A stretch of 64,000 nt of DNA from an uncultured Chloroflexia bacterium (GTDB taxonomy: Bacteria; Chloroflexota; Limnocylindria; Limnocylindrales; CSP1-4): the NCBI GenBank assembly GCA_963715245.1, contig CAVQRM010000001.1, positions 965,456 through 1,029,455 of the forward strand, in the 5' to 3' direction. The position numbers and the translations under genes were made by a program. The notes under the pieces are model-generated. The model did no database searches, was not told the origin of the DNA, and was given only the letters and a program-made list of their open reading frames with translations. This document shows, one piece after another, positions 46,931 to 60,441 of the stretch (the stretch's first letter is position 1; every line of letters starts with the position of its first letter).

Positions 46931-47852
46931 CCCCGGGGCAGCACCAGGGGCGGAATCGACCGCTCCGCCCGCGGCAGCCGCAGGCCGCCCTCGCCCGCCC
47001 AGGGCGCGCCTGACGCCCGAGGCCTTGGCGCGATCGCGCGCGCGTGGCGCACAGGAGGGCCTCGACTGGCTCGGCCGTGCTCCCGAGTCCCGGGCGTCCC
47101 TGCTCTACCGGGTGATGCGGCTCGTCGGTCGCTTCATCATCTTCGTCGTGTTCCGGTTCCGGATCGAGACAACGGGCCAGGAGCGCCTCCCCGCCACCGG
47201 CGGCTACCTGCTGATCGGAGCCGCGCATCGCGGCTGGATGGATCCGTTCCTGGTCATCCACGCGCTGCCCGTCGAGCCACGGGCGTGGTTCCTGGGCAGC
47301 GCCCCGTCCACGTTCACCGCGCGTTGGCGGGAGGTCCTGATCCACCGCCTCGGCGGCCTGCTGCCGGTCTGGCGCGGGGGCGTCGGCGTCGAGCAGCACG
47401 TGGCGTCGGCGCGTGCGGTCATTCGCAACGGCGGCGTGTTCGCGCAGATGCCGGAGGGGACGGTCAGCGGCCCGCCGGGCCGCATCGGCCCGTTCCGCAT
47501 CGGTGCCGCCCTGATCGCCCTCCGGACGGGTGCGCCGATCGTCCCGCTCGCGATGGCGGGAACCGAGGAGCTGTACATCGGGCGCCGGCTGGCGTCGGAG
47601 GTCCTCGAGCCGACGAGCGCGAGGGCGCTGCTGGGCGACTCGTGGGACGGCGTCCTCCCCGAGGAGGGCTCGCGGGACGAGCTGGAGCTCGCGCGGCTCC
47701 TGAGCCGCCGGTTCGAGGACATCCTCGGGCCCGTGGTCGAACGGCTCCACCCGGGCACGATCGATCCCGCGTCGCATCCGAGGCGCCTGCGGCGCCGGCT
47801 GACGTGGCTGTTCCTCCGCCCCGGGCGGCTGGACCGAGATCCCGAGGACTGA
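46902..47852 (+). CDS. Lysophospholipid (1-acyl-sn-glycerol-3-phosphate) acyltransferase family protein.
   Basis: LLIGAAHRGWMDPF is the HX4D motif. FAQMPEGTVSG and ALRTGAPIVPLAMAG follow. The start is uncertain and overlaps the lgt tail (alternative at 46860). Confidence 0.7.
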   Translation: MAPTTPPAPDPGAAPGAESTAPPAAAAGRPRPPRARLTPEALARSRARGAQEGLDWLGRAPESRASLLYRVMRLVGRFIIFVVFRFRIETTGQERLPATGGYLLIGAAHRGWMDPFLVIHALPVEPRAWFLGSAPSTFTARWREVLIHRLGGLLPVWRGGVGVEQHVASARAVIRNGGVFAQMPEGTVSGPPGRIGPFRIGAALIALRTGAPIVPLAMAGTEELYIGRRLASEVLEPTSARALLGDSWDGVLPEEGSRDELELARLLSRRFEDILGPVVERLHPGTIDPASHPRRLRRRLTWLFLRPGRLDRDPED

Positions 47853-47856
47853 TCGC

Positions 47857-48711
47857 GTGCCGCGAGCCCCGGAACCGGACCCGCCCGGAATCCCGGAGCT
47901 GCCCGCGGGGTTGATCGGCGCCGCTACGCCGCGGGCCGGGCTGGCGTACCGGCTGGTGCGCACCGGGTTCCGCGTCCTGGCGTGGCTGCTCCGGTTCCGG
48001 GTGACCGTGGAGGGATGGGAGCACCTGCCGCGGGCGGCAGACGGGCGACGGTCCGGCGGCTGGATCGCGGCGTGCCTGCCGCACCGGACGTGGATCGACC
48101 CGTTCCTCGTATGGATGGTGCTCCCGGCCGAGCCCCGGCTGGTGTTCTTCGGCGACGCCAGGACGATGGCCCGGTCGCCGCTCCGACGGTGGGTCGTACG
48201 GCGGGTCGGCGGGATCCTGCCGATCCCGTCACACGGCGGGCCGCGAACGTTCGCGACCCACGTCGCCGCGGCCTGCGACGCGCTTGCCGTGGGCACGGTG
48301 TTCTGCCTGTTCCCCGAGAGCGGCCCCCCGGTGCCGCCAGATCAGGCACGGCCGATCGCACCCGGACTCGGTTACATCGCGCTGCGCTCGGGTGCGCCGA
48401 TCGTCCCGATCGTGATCGGCGGCAACGACGAGCTGTACCTCGGACGCCGGCTGCTGGTGCGCATCCAGCCGGCCGTCGACGCGGGCACGCTCGCCTGGAC
48501 GTGGGCCGGCACCACGACGCCGCCTGAGCACGATGGCGAGATGCCGGGACCCGCCGCGCCGGGCTCCGCCGCGGAGCGAGCGGCGGCCCACGCGATCGCG
48601 ACGGGCCTCCACGCCCTCACGGCAGCGGCGGTCGCGGAGGCCCGGTCGAACGCGGCGGCACCCCAGGGAACCCGAAAACGCTGGACGGGCCTGACCACGC
48701 TGTTCCGCTAG
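47857..48711 (+). CDS. Second lysophospholipid acyltransferase family protein (tandem paralogue).
   Basis: ACLPHRTWIDPF is the HX4D motif. FCLFPESG and ALRSGAPIVPIVIGG follow. The GTG lies 4 nt after the previous stop. Confidence 0.7.
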   Translation: MPRAPEPDPPGIPELPAGLIGAATPRAGLAYRLVRTGFRVLAWLLRFRVTVEGWEHLPRAADGRRSGGWIAACLPHRTWIDPFLVWMVLPAEPRLVFFGDARTMARSPLRRWVVRRVGGILPIPSHGGPRTFATHVAAACDALAVGTVFCLFPESGPPVPPDQARPIAPGLGYIALRSGAPIVPIVIGGNDELYLGRRLLVRIQPAVDAGTLAWTWAGTTTPPEHDGEMPGPAAPGSAAERAAAHAIATGLHALTAAAVAEARSNAAAPQGTRKRWTGLTTLFR

Positions 48712-48773
48712 GCGGACGGGCGGCGAGGACGACCAAACCGGCGGGCCCGTGGCGTGGCATCCTCCGCGAACCG

Positions 48774-50552
48774 ATGCCGGACGCGAACCACGACCACGAC
48801 CATCACCATCACCAGTCGGGTCACCACGTCCACAATCGGTTTGAGTCGCTCGCGGTCTTTGCGACCGTGGTGCGCAGCCCGGCGCTCGTGCGGGTGCTGG
48901 TCGCGTTCCTCCTGTTCAGCATCGCGGAGCTCGCGACCTGGGTCGCCATCCTCGTCTACGCCTTCGATCGCGGTGGTGCCACCGCGTCAGGGCTGGTCGC
49001 GTTCGCCCAGCTCGCGCCCGCCGTCGTGTTCGCCCCGATCGGGTCGGCCATGGGTGACCGGATGCCGCGCATCCGGATGCTCGCGCTGGCATATGGCTCG
49101 TACGGCGCCGTCACCCTCCTCGCCGCCATCCTCCTGTTCGCGGAGGCGGACCCGCTGCTCGTCTACGCTGCCGCCGTGGCGGGGGGTCTCGCACTGACCC
49201 TCGTGCGCCCGGCCCACGCGTCGGTGCTGCCCGCGATCGCGCGCACGCCGTCGGAGCTGACCGCCGCGAACGTCGCCACGGGCACGGTGGAGAACGTCGG
49301 GATCCTGGTGGGCTCGGTGGCGGGCGGGTTCCTGCTTGGCGCCGTGGGGACCGGCGGGGTCTACCTCCTCTCGGCGGTCGCGCTCCTCGTCGGCTTCGTG
49401 GCGATCGCGACGCTGAAGCTCGTCGCGGTGATCCGCCGGCAGCGGGTCGAGGTCACCTTCGAGGGGAACGATGCGTCGCCTCCAGGTGATGCCCTCGATG
49501 TCCTGCACGACGCGCACGCGCTGCCCCCCGTCACGGCTCCGGCAGGGTTCGTCAGGGAGATCGGCGCGGGGATCGCCGCGATCCATTCCGATCCGAACAC
49601 CAGGGCGATCGTGCTCGCCCTCGGGCTCTCGATGCTGCTCGTGGGCATGCTCGACGTCCTGGGCGTCGTCCTCGCGCTGGACGTCCTCGACGCCGGGGAG
49701 GAGGCGGTCGGGCTGCTTGCCGGAGCATCGGGCGCGGGCGGGCTCCTGGGGGCCGGCCTCGCGATCAGCCTCGTCGGACGGCGGCGTCTCGTCGGATCGC
49801 TGCTCGCCTCGGCGCTTGTCATCGGCGTCGGGATCGGTGCCTCAGGGCTCCTCCCGGTGCTCCTCGTGGCGCTGGCGGGGTTCGTCGCGGGTGGCATCGG
49901 CAGGAGCGTGTTCGACGTCGCGGGCCGGACGATGCTCCAGCGCGTCGCCCCGGACGCGACCCTCGCCCGGATCTTCGGCGTGCTCGAGGGCGTCAGCATG
50001 GCGGCCCTCGCGGCCGGGACGCTGCTCGCCCCGCTGCTCGTCGAGCTGTTCGGGGCGACGGCCGCCCTGGTCGCGGCGGCGGCCGTCGTGCCGGTCGGCG
50101 TCGTGGTGCTGCGGCCGTGGCTGTCGCACGCGGACCAGGCCGGCGTGGTGCACGAACGGGAGCTGGCCCTCATCCGCGAGATCCCGATCTTCACGCCGCT
50201 GCTGGTCACGGTGCTCGAACGACTCGCGCAGGAGCTCGACCACATGCACGCCGACGCCGGCGCCGTCGTCATCCGCGAGGGAGACCGTGGCGAGCGGTAC
50301 TACATCATCGCGGAGGGGCGGTGCGAGGTGCTCGTGCGGGGGCGGGTGGTCAACACGATCGGGCCGGGCGAGGGGTTCGGCGAGATCGCCCTCATCAACG
50401 ACATCCCGCGCACCGCCACGGTGCGAGCGCTCGACGATCTCGACCTGTTCGTCCTCGACCGCGAGCCGTTCCTCGAGGCCGTCACCGGCCAGTCCCGCAG
50501 CCGCGCTGCCGCGCGGGCGATGATCGACGAACGGCTCGCGATGCACGACTGA
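48774..50552 (+). CDS. MFS-type transporter fused to a C-terminal cyclic-nucleotide-binding domain, with a His-rich N-terminus.
   Basis: The N-terminus is [21 protein letters not shown]. About 12 TM helices follow. The C-terminus [62 protein letters not shown] is a cNMP-binding beta-barrel with an FGE..R(T/S)A cassette. Confidence 0.75.
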   Translation: MPDANHDHDHHHHQSGHHVHNRFESLAVFATVVRSPALVRVLVAFLLFSIAELATWVAILVYAFDRGGATASGLVAFAQLAPAVVFAPIGSAMGDRMPRIRMLALAYGSYGAVTLLAAILLFAEADPLLVYAAAVAGGLALTLVRPAHASVLPAIARTPSELTAANVATGTVENVGILVGSVAGGFLLGAVGTGGVYLLSAVALLVGFVAIATLKLVAVIRRQRVEVTFEGNDASPPGDALDVLHDAHALPPVTAPAGFVREIGAGIAAIHSDPNTRAIVLALGLSMLLVGMLDVLGVVLALDVLDAGEEAVGLLAGASGAGGLLGAGLAISLVGRRRLVGSLLASALVIGVGIGASGLLPVLLVALAGFVAGGIGRSVFDVAGRTMLQRVAPDATLARIFGVLEGVSMAALAAGTLLAPLLVELFGATAALVAAAAVVPVGVVVLRPWLSHADQAGVVHERELALIREIPIFTPLLVTVLERLAQELDHMHADAGAVVIREGDRGERYYIIAEGRCEVLVRGRVVNTIGPGEGFGEIALINDIPRTATVRALDDLDLFVLDREPFLEAVTGQSRSRAAARAMIDERLAMHD

Positions 50553-51998
<1,446 letters not shown>

Positions 51999-52041
51999 CG
52001 CCCGGACCGGCGCGCGGCCACGAGCGGGTGACGGCCTGTTC

Positions 52042-52257
52042 CTAGCTGGCGATGTCGGACCTCGCCTCGGCGCCGCTGGCAAGCGACCGGCGCAGGCGGA
52101 CGGCGATGTCGCTCACCGGGTGGCGACGGGACAGCCGAACCGGCTCCACGGGATCGGGGAGCGCGTCGGGGCGGCGGTGGAGTGCCCGCCATTCGTCGGC
52201 GCGGCGACGGTCGTCTTCGCGCAGGCTGACTGCGAGGGCGGCGGCGAGGTAGCGCAT
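52042..52257 (-). CDS. Small hypothetical protein (71 aa).
   Basis: GGAGG lies 7 nt upstream of the ATG. MRYLAAALAVSLREDDRRRADEWRALHRR... contains no motif I recognise. Confidence 0.35.
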   Translation of the reverse strand: MRYLAAALAVSLREDDRRRADEWRALHRRPDALPDPVEPVRLSRRHPVSDIAVRLRRSLASGAEARSDIAS

Positions 52258-52405
52258 CAAAGGTCCTCCGTGTGACGGCTGCTGGTCCGTCCGTCGAGGA
52301 GCACCATCGATCCGCGGGCGTCCCCGCGGCATCGGGCAAAGCCTCAAACCGCGGGGCGCGGGTACCTTAAATGCGCAGGGTGACGCCGTCCTTGTCCGGG
52401 TGCAT

Positions 52406-53029
52406 TCACATGTGCCCGAGCACCGCCCGGCCCAGCGCGAGGACCGCGGCCTTGTTCGCGGCGGCGTCGAGATCGGGGTTCCGGATCGTCAGCTGGACGA
52501 GGGTGTCGCCCTTCCGAACGAGCAGCACCGAGCCGACGGTCGAGTAGATCGCGTCGCCGCCGAGTCCCTCAGCTCGTTCCATGTCGGGGGTCCCGGCGTC
52601 GACGAGGTACTCCATCGTGGTCCACTGCTGCTCCGCGGCCGCGCGCTCCCAGACGCCCGCGTAGACCTCGATCCCCTTGGTCGCGTCCTGGTACGTGCAG
52701 ATCCCCGACGTCGCGTCGACCTGGAGCACGCTCTGGGTCAGCCCGCTGACGCCTGCCGCCGCTTCCGCGTCCGATTGCGAGACGAGGTCGCAGGGCCGGC
52801 TCGCGAAGCCGCCCGTCCCGCCCCCGCCAGCTGTGGTGGGTGCCGGCGTGGCGCCTCCGGCGTCCGGGGTCGGCGCCGCCGGATCGGTTGCAGGCGCATC
52901 CGACGCCGGGGCGGGGGTCGCGTCGCCGGAGCCCGCGGTGGCGGCATCCGGCCCATCGGCTCCCCCGCCACCGCAGCCGGCGAGCGCCAGCGCGAGCACC
53001 AGGCCCGTCGTCGTCACCATGGTTCGCAT
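52406..53029 (-). CDS. Lipoprotein of unknown function.
   Basis: GGAGG lies upstream. The lipobox is LALALAGCGGG, followed by an Ala/Pro/Thr linker and a globular part with two Cys (RPCDLV, GICTYQD). Confidence 0.6.
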   Translation of the reverse strand: MRTMVTTTGLVLALALAGCGGGGADGPDAATAGSGDATPAPASDAPATDPAAPTPDAGGATPAPTTAGGGGTGGFASRPCDLVSQSDAEAAAGVSGLTQSVLQVDATSGICTYQDATKGIEVYAGVWERAAAEQQWTTMEYLVDAGTPDMERAEGLGGDAIYSTVGSVLLVRKGDTLVQLTIRNPDLDAAANKAAVLALGRAVLGHM

Positions 53030-53278
53030 CCGAGGACCTCCGCTGCTGATCAGGGGACGCTCGGAGGTCCCGGCCTGATCTCCGATCCTGACCTCGAGCG
53101 GAGCATCGAGGCTCTCGCGGGCCCCGTCATCGTCCACCTGCGCCATCGGAATCGGGCGGTCGGGCGTCGATCGGAGGTCCGTGCCCGGCGTGCCGACCAG
53201 GCGAGCTCGCCCTCGTGTGCTGCGAGCTCGGTGTCGCGTCCGATCAGCCCCGACGCGTGCGCGGGCGGTCGGCCCCCG

Positions 53279-53830
53279 TCATCGGTCCCGCCGCAGCCAG
53301 CCGAGCCGGCTCGCCCGGGCGATCGCCTCGGTCGTCCGGGTGACGCCGAGAGCGCGTCGCGCGTCGCCCAGCCGCCGGTCTGCCGTCCGTCTCGAGAGTC
53401 CGAGGATCGACGCCGCCTCGCCCAGCGAGTGGCCCTCCGCGAGGAGGCCGAGGATCGCGCGAGCGTCCCGTGGCGCCGGCGACTCCACCGGCTGGCTGCC
53501 ATCCGTCGAGGCGATGCGGTGATCAACCGGTCCAATCCGCCGGAGGTCGTCCACCAGCCGGTCCACCGTGACCCGGTCGGCGGACGCCTCGACGAGCAAC
53601 CCCGCCCCGCCGAGGGCCGCCAGGAGCGCGTCCGCGGCGCCGCGGGCATCGGCCACGACACCGGCGCGGACCTCCCGTGCGCGCCCGAGGCGTGACCCAG
53701 CGAACCCGGCCACCACCACGAACCCCGCAGCATCCAGCCGGCTCGCCTCGCGGGCGACGGATGCAGGGTCTCCCTCGATCACGATCAAGGGCGGACGCGT
53801 GCCACCGGTGCCGCGTTCGGGCATGGCCAC
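53279..53830 (-). CDS. LuxR/FixJ-type HTH regulator with a receiver-like N-terminal half.
   Basis: The C-terminus reads ILGLLAEGHSLGEAASILGLSRRTADRRLGDARRALGVTRTTEAIARASRLGWL. The N-terminal LIVIEGDP..GFVVVAG resembles the first strands of a receiver, but I cannot confirm the acceptor Asp. Confidence 0.65.
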   Translation of the reverse strand: MAMPERGTGGTRPPLIVIEGDPASVAREASRLDAAGFVVVAGFAGSRLGRAREVRAGVVADARGAADALLAALGGAGLLVEASADRVTVDRLVDDLRRIGPVDHRIASTDGSQPVESPAPRDARAILGLLAEGHSLGEAASILGLSRRTADRRLGDARRALGVTRTTEAIARASRLGWLRRDR

Positions 53831-54306
53831 TCCAGGCGGGCCGACCCCGACCTGGACCGGTCGGGCTGCCCACGGCGGATGGTGGCAGCGCGACGCCCCG
53901 GAATCAATGGGCTCCTTCGAGGCGACGGGCGCGCTGGTCCTCGGCGTCCGGTCGCGGACTGGCGCAGGTGGACGATGACGCTCGGCCGGGCCCGGGACAG
54001 CATCGGCACGTGACGGCCGGCGGTGCGCAGGCGCCGCATCGCCGCCGTGGAGTGGAGGTGTGGCGTTGAGGATGCCCGCACAGCTGCGCGAGCCGCTCGG
54101 ATGCGGCGGTGCTCGCGTCCCACGGCCGCGCCGTCCGCGCCCCCACCTGCCGCCCGCTCGGGCTCGCCCGGGGCCGCGGGCCCCCGCGACGTCGCCGCCC
54201 GAGCCGTCCCGGCGTGCTCCGGGCCCGCCGCGACGACTGCCGCAGCCGTCGTGTCGGCCACGGGACGGACCCGTCCGTCCGCGTCCGCGGCGAGGGCGCG
54301 GGTGCG

Positions 54307-55557
54307 ATGATCAGCGGCATGCACGACGAGCCTCTCGATGCCTTCGACACCCGTGCCGTCCACGCCGGCGCCGAACCGGATGAGTTGACGGGCGCGGTCT
54401 CCCCGCCCATCTACCAGACGTCGACGTTCGCCCAGGACGGGGTTGGGCGACCCAGGCGTGGCTACGAGTATTCGCGGTCCCAGAACCCGACGCGCGAGCG
54501 GCTCGAGCGGGCCGTGGCCGACCTCGAGGGCGGCGAGCACGGGATCGCGTTCTCGAGCGGGTCGGCGGCCACGGCCGCGATCGCGCAGCTCGCCGCCGCC
54601 GGCGAGGAGATCCTCGTCGGCGACGACGTGTACGGCGGCACGTTCCGCTACTTCGAGCGCGTCCACCGCCCGTCCGGGGCAGGGGAGGCCAGGTACCTGG
54701 ACCTGGCCGGCCACCCGGACGCCCTGTGGGAGGGGCTCACCGGACGGACGCGGCTGGTGTGGCTCGAGACGCCGTCCAACCCGCTGCTCAAGGTGACGGA
54801 CATCGCGGCCGCGGCGGCGATCCTCGCGGAGCGGGCGGCCCAGGACGGCGGCCCGCGGCCGCTCCTCGTCATCGACAACACGTTTGCCTCGCCCGCCCTC
54901 CAGCGCCCGCTTGAGCTCGGGGCGGACATCGTGTTCCACTCGGCCACGAAGTACCTCGGCGGGCACTCGGACACGGTGGTCGGGGTGGCCGTGACGAGCG
55001 ACGACGAGGTCGCCGGCCGCCTGCGGTTCCTCCAGAACGCGATGGGCGGCGTGCCGGGCCCGTTCGATTGCTTCCTCGTGCTTCGCGGGCTGCGCACGCT
55101 GCCGCTCCGGATGGCGCGCCACTCCGCGAACGGCCTCGCCGTGGCCCGGTTCCTCGCCGCGAGAGCGGACGTCGCGTCGGTGAGCTACCCGGGGCTCGAC
55201 CGCCGGGACGGCGACCACGCCCACCCCGGGGCGGAGGTCGCGGGCCGCCAGATGCGCCTCCCGGACGGGACGCCCGCGTACGGCGGCATGGTCTCGTTCG
55301 TCCCGGCGCATGGTGGCGCCCACGGCCGGACTGCCGCGGAACGCGCTGCGGCGGTCTGCGAGTCCACGCGCCTGTTCACGCTCGCCGAGTCGCTCGGCGG
55401 GGTCGAGTCCCTGATCGAGATCCCGGCGGCGATGACCCACATGTCGGTCGCCTCGTCGCCGCTCGAGGTCGATCCGGCCCTGGTTCGACTCTCGGTGGGG
55501 ATCGAGGACCCCGCCGATCTCGTCGCGGACCTGGCGCAGGCGCTCGACAGAGCCTGA
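54307..55557 (+). CDS. Cys/Met-metabolism PLP enzyme (cystathionine gamma-lyase / gamma-synthase).
   Basis: FDTRAVHAG, PPIYQTSTF, YSRSQNPTRERLE, VWLETPSNPLLKV, FHSATKYLGGHSD (PLP Lys), GGVESLIEIPAAMTH and VRLSVGIED. The frame is intact. Confidence 0.85.
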   Translation: MISGMHDEPLDAFDTRAVHAGAEPDELTGAVSPPIYQTSTFAQDGVGRPRRGYEYSRSQNPTRERLERAVADLEGGEHGIAFSSGSAATAAIAQLAAAGEEILVGDDVYGGTFRYFERVHRPSGAGEARYLDLAGHPDALWEGLTGRTRLVWLETPSNPLLKVTDIAAAAAILAERAAQDGGPRPLLVIDNTFASPALQRPLELGADIVFHSATKYLGGHSDTVVGVAVTSDDEVAGRLRFLQNAMGGVPGPFDCFLVLRGLRTLPLRMARHSANGLAVARFLAARADVASVSYPGLDRRDGDHAHPGAEVAGRQMRLPDGTPAYGGMVSFVPAHGGAHGRTAAERAAAVCESTRLFTLAESLGGVESLIEIPAAMTHMSVASSPLEVDPALVRLSVGIEDPADLVADLAQALDRA

Positions 55558-55563
55558 CGCCCG

Positions 55564-57429
55564 TCAGCACGTCGCCCCGGGCGTCCACACGAGGTCGCGG
55601 GCGACCTGGATCGGGACCGCAGGTCCGTACCCCCAGCCGCCGCCGGGTGCCTTCGACCGCTGCCTGCGGGTCGACTCGGTGAGCTTCATCGTGACCGTCC
55701 CGTCGTCGGCTTCCGTCGCCTCGATGGTGCCCGTGACGTCGGTCCGCTGCGTCACGCCGTACGGTCCCTTCGATTGGTCCACGTAGGTGTAGTCCCCGAC
55801 GTAGACAGGGTCGCCCGCGGGCGACAGCCCGGCGAGCGGGTTGAGGTCGATCCTCCAGGTCTGCCGGCCGTCGAAGCCCTGGAACGTGTACGTCCCGACG
55901 GCCTTCCACGCGCCGCCAAGGCTGGAGCCACACTTCCTGCCGCGGACCGTCCCGCTGGCGCCGACCTGGTTCGTGAACACCGCCTCGATCGTCCAGCCCT
56001 CCACCTTCACGGTGAAGATGATCGCGAGCGTGCCGATGCCCCGGTTGGACGTGCTCGTCAACGTCACCGTCCCGCGGTGGCCGTCGAGCGTGCCGGCGCT
56101 GAACGTGAAGTCGGCAGGCGCGGGGACCGGGACGTCGACCGGCGACACGGACTGCTCGCCGCCGAACGCCGCCACGACCGACTTCGAGAGGTCCACGCCC
56201 TCGATCCGGTGCCGCGGCCGGACGGTGAACGGGATCGTCGCCCGCGGTGGGACGTCGCGGCTGGACTCCGTCGCCCGGATCTCGACGCAGGTCCCGGACC
56301 GCCAGGCCTCCTGGGCCCGCTCGAGCGCCGTGGTCAGGGCCATGCCCGCCATCAGCGACCCGATGGCCATGGTCGCGCCAGCCTCCCGCGGCGGGTAGTC
56401 GCCGTCGACCGTGAACGACGTGCCGGTGGTCGTCGAGCCCTGGCCATTCGCGCCGTAGGACGACGAGATGGTCAAGGCCGCCCGGCCGGACCGGGTCGCG
56501 CCGCTCGCGTCGGTGCCCGTCATCGAGGTGTCGATCGTGCGCTCCTCGCTGGCGAGGTACGCGGCGTCGTTCACCGTGGCGTGGCCGGTGACCGTCGACG
56601 AGAGGTCGAACGCCCCTCCGTCGCCCGAGCTCGACATGTCGGACGTGATGGCGACGGTGATCCCGCCATTCGCGTCGGGGCAGACATCGGCCTCGACGCG
56701 GATGTGGTTCCGCGACTGGGACCGCCCGGTCGCCGCGCCGGTGCTGACGCTCGTGGCGCTGGTGTCCTCGGTGATCTCGATGTCGCCAACGAGGTGGGAG
56801 CCCGAGACGGTGAGGGACATCACGACATTGGTGGTCGTCGTCAGGCGGGTGTCACCCTCGGTTCGCGTGTCGGTGTACGTGCGTGGCTGCGTCGGGCCGG
56901 GCGTCTGCCCCGAGCTCACCAGCCGGACACCCGACTCGACGAGGCCCATGCCCCCGGCCCCTGCCCCGATCCAGCCGAACGCGAACGCCGTCACCGGCAG
57001 GTCGAGCGAGGCGACCTGCGCGGTCGAGATGGACACGGTCTCCAGGGGCGTGAGATCGATGTCGTTCGCCTCGAGGGCCGCGCTCACGTGTGCCGACCGC
57101 GTCTCCTGGAGCCAGGTCTCGAGCGATTGGCCGATCGCCGCCGCCAGCCCGGTCCGCTCGTCGAGCCAGGCCCGTGCGTCGCGCTCCGCCAGCGTCGCCC
57201 GGTCCAGGTCGCCGTCGCCGACCGCGGCGAGCAGCGCCGGCGGCACGCCGGCGGCCTCGTCGTCCGACGGCGCCGGAGACGCCGGGGTCGGCGCCGCTCC
57301 GGCTGCCGGTCCGCCGGACGCCACGGCGCCGGCCGCGCCGCCGGACGGGGCCGACGACCCGCACCCGGTCGTCATGACCGCCAGGATCGCTATCACCGCG
57401 ATCGCCCGTCGTCCGTCCATCGTCGTCAA
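55564..57429 (-). CDS. Large (621-aa) lipoprotein of unknown function.
   Basis: The lipobox is AVMTTGCGSS, followed by an Ala/Pro/Gly linker and about 520 aa of Thr/Ser/Gly-rich, probably beta-rich sequence with scattered Cys (DVCPDANGG, GTCVEIRATE, RKCGSSLGG, C-terminal GATC). I recognise no family motif. Confidence 0.6.
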   Translation of the reverse strand: MTTMDGRRAIAVIAILAVMTTGCGSSAPSGGAAGAVASGGPAAGAAPTPASPAPSDDEAAGVPPALLAAVGDGDLDRATLAERDARAWLDERTGLAAAIGQSLETWLQETRSAHVSAALEANDIDLTPLETVSISTAQVASLDLPVTAFAFGWIGAGAGGMGLVESGVRLVSSGQTPGPTQPRTYTDTRTEGDTRLTTTTNVVMSLTVSGSHLVGDIEITEDTSATSVSTGAATGRSQSRNHIRVEADVCPDANGGITVAITSDMSSSGDGGAFDLSSTVTGHATVNDAAYLASEERTIDTSMTGTDASGATRSGRAALTISSSYGANGQGSTTTGTSFTVDGDYPPREAGATMAIGSLMAGMALTTALERAQEAWRSGTCVEIRATESSRDVPPRATIPFTVRPRHRIEGVDLSKSVVAAFGGEQSVSPVDVPVPAPADFTFSAGTLDGHRGTVTLTSTSNRGIGTLAIIFTVKVEGWTIEAVFTNQVGASGTVRGRKCGSSLGGAWKAVGTYTFQGFDGRQTWRIDLNPLAGLSPAGDPVYVGDYTYVDQSKGPYGVTQRTDVTGTIEATEADDGTVTMKLTESTRRQRSKAPGGGWGYGPAVPIQVARDLVWTPGATC

Positions 57430-57703
57430 CTCCCTCGTGCGAGGCGTTCGCCGTCGACCCCTCGCGACGGACGGTGCGCGCGTGAGCGGCCCCCGTCATC
57501 CTCCAGTTGCGCCACGACGACCCGTCGACGGGCCGAACGGCCCTCCCTCGGTGGGTTGCGCGACCCGCTACAATCGCCCGAAACCGAATCGCAACCTTGA
57601 CTGTGGAAGCCGACTCCCGGGCACCCCTGCCCGTCACGCGCGGCCGGTCACCGAGTCCCCGCGGGCCGCGACGCCCGCGTGCAGTCGAGGATCGATCGTG
57701 ACG

Positions 57704-60258
<2,555 letters not shown>

Positions 60259-60272
60259 CGTCGCGTGCGATG

Positions 60273-60295
60273 GCGGCCCGCCGGTGGCGGGCCGC
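60273..60295 (+). terminator. GC-rich hairpin after mdh.
   Basis: GCGGCCCGCC-GGT-GGCGGGCCGC has a 10-bp perfect stem, which would breathe to give a larger loop. There is no U-tract, so activity as an intrinsic terminator is uncertain. Confidence 0.35.
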
Positions 60296-60441
60296 GGTCC
60301 CGTCATCGTGGTGTCCCCGCGCACCACCTGGACCGATCGGCCGTGGTCGACCCGGTACGGTTGCGGGTACAGTCTCGGACACCGCCGCAGACCCGCGTGC
60401 CTGTGCGCCCGCCCCACGGCCGCACCTGGAGGAGATCCATC

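Noticed and set aside
53831-54306. The 475-nt gene-free stretch upstream of the cystathionine gamma-lyase/synthase gene could hold a SAM or other riboswitch, or a hidden gene.
   Set aside because: I could not find the conserved cores of SAM-type riboswitches, a terminator/antiterminator pair or a credible ORF by eye, and the region is as GC-rich as coding DNA. I left it unannotated. A covariance-model scan would be needed to settle it.
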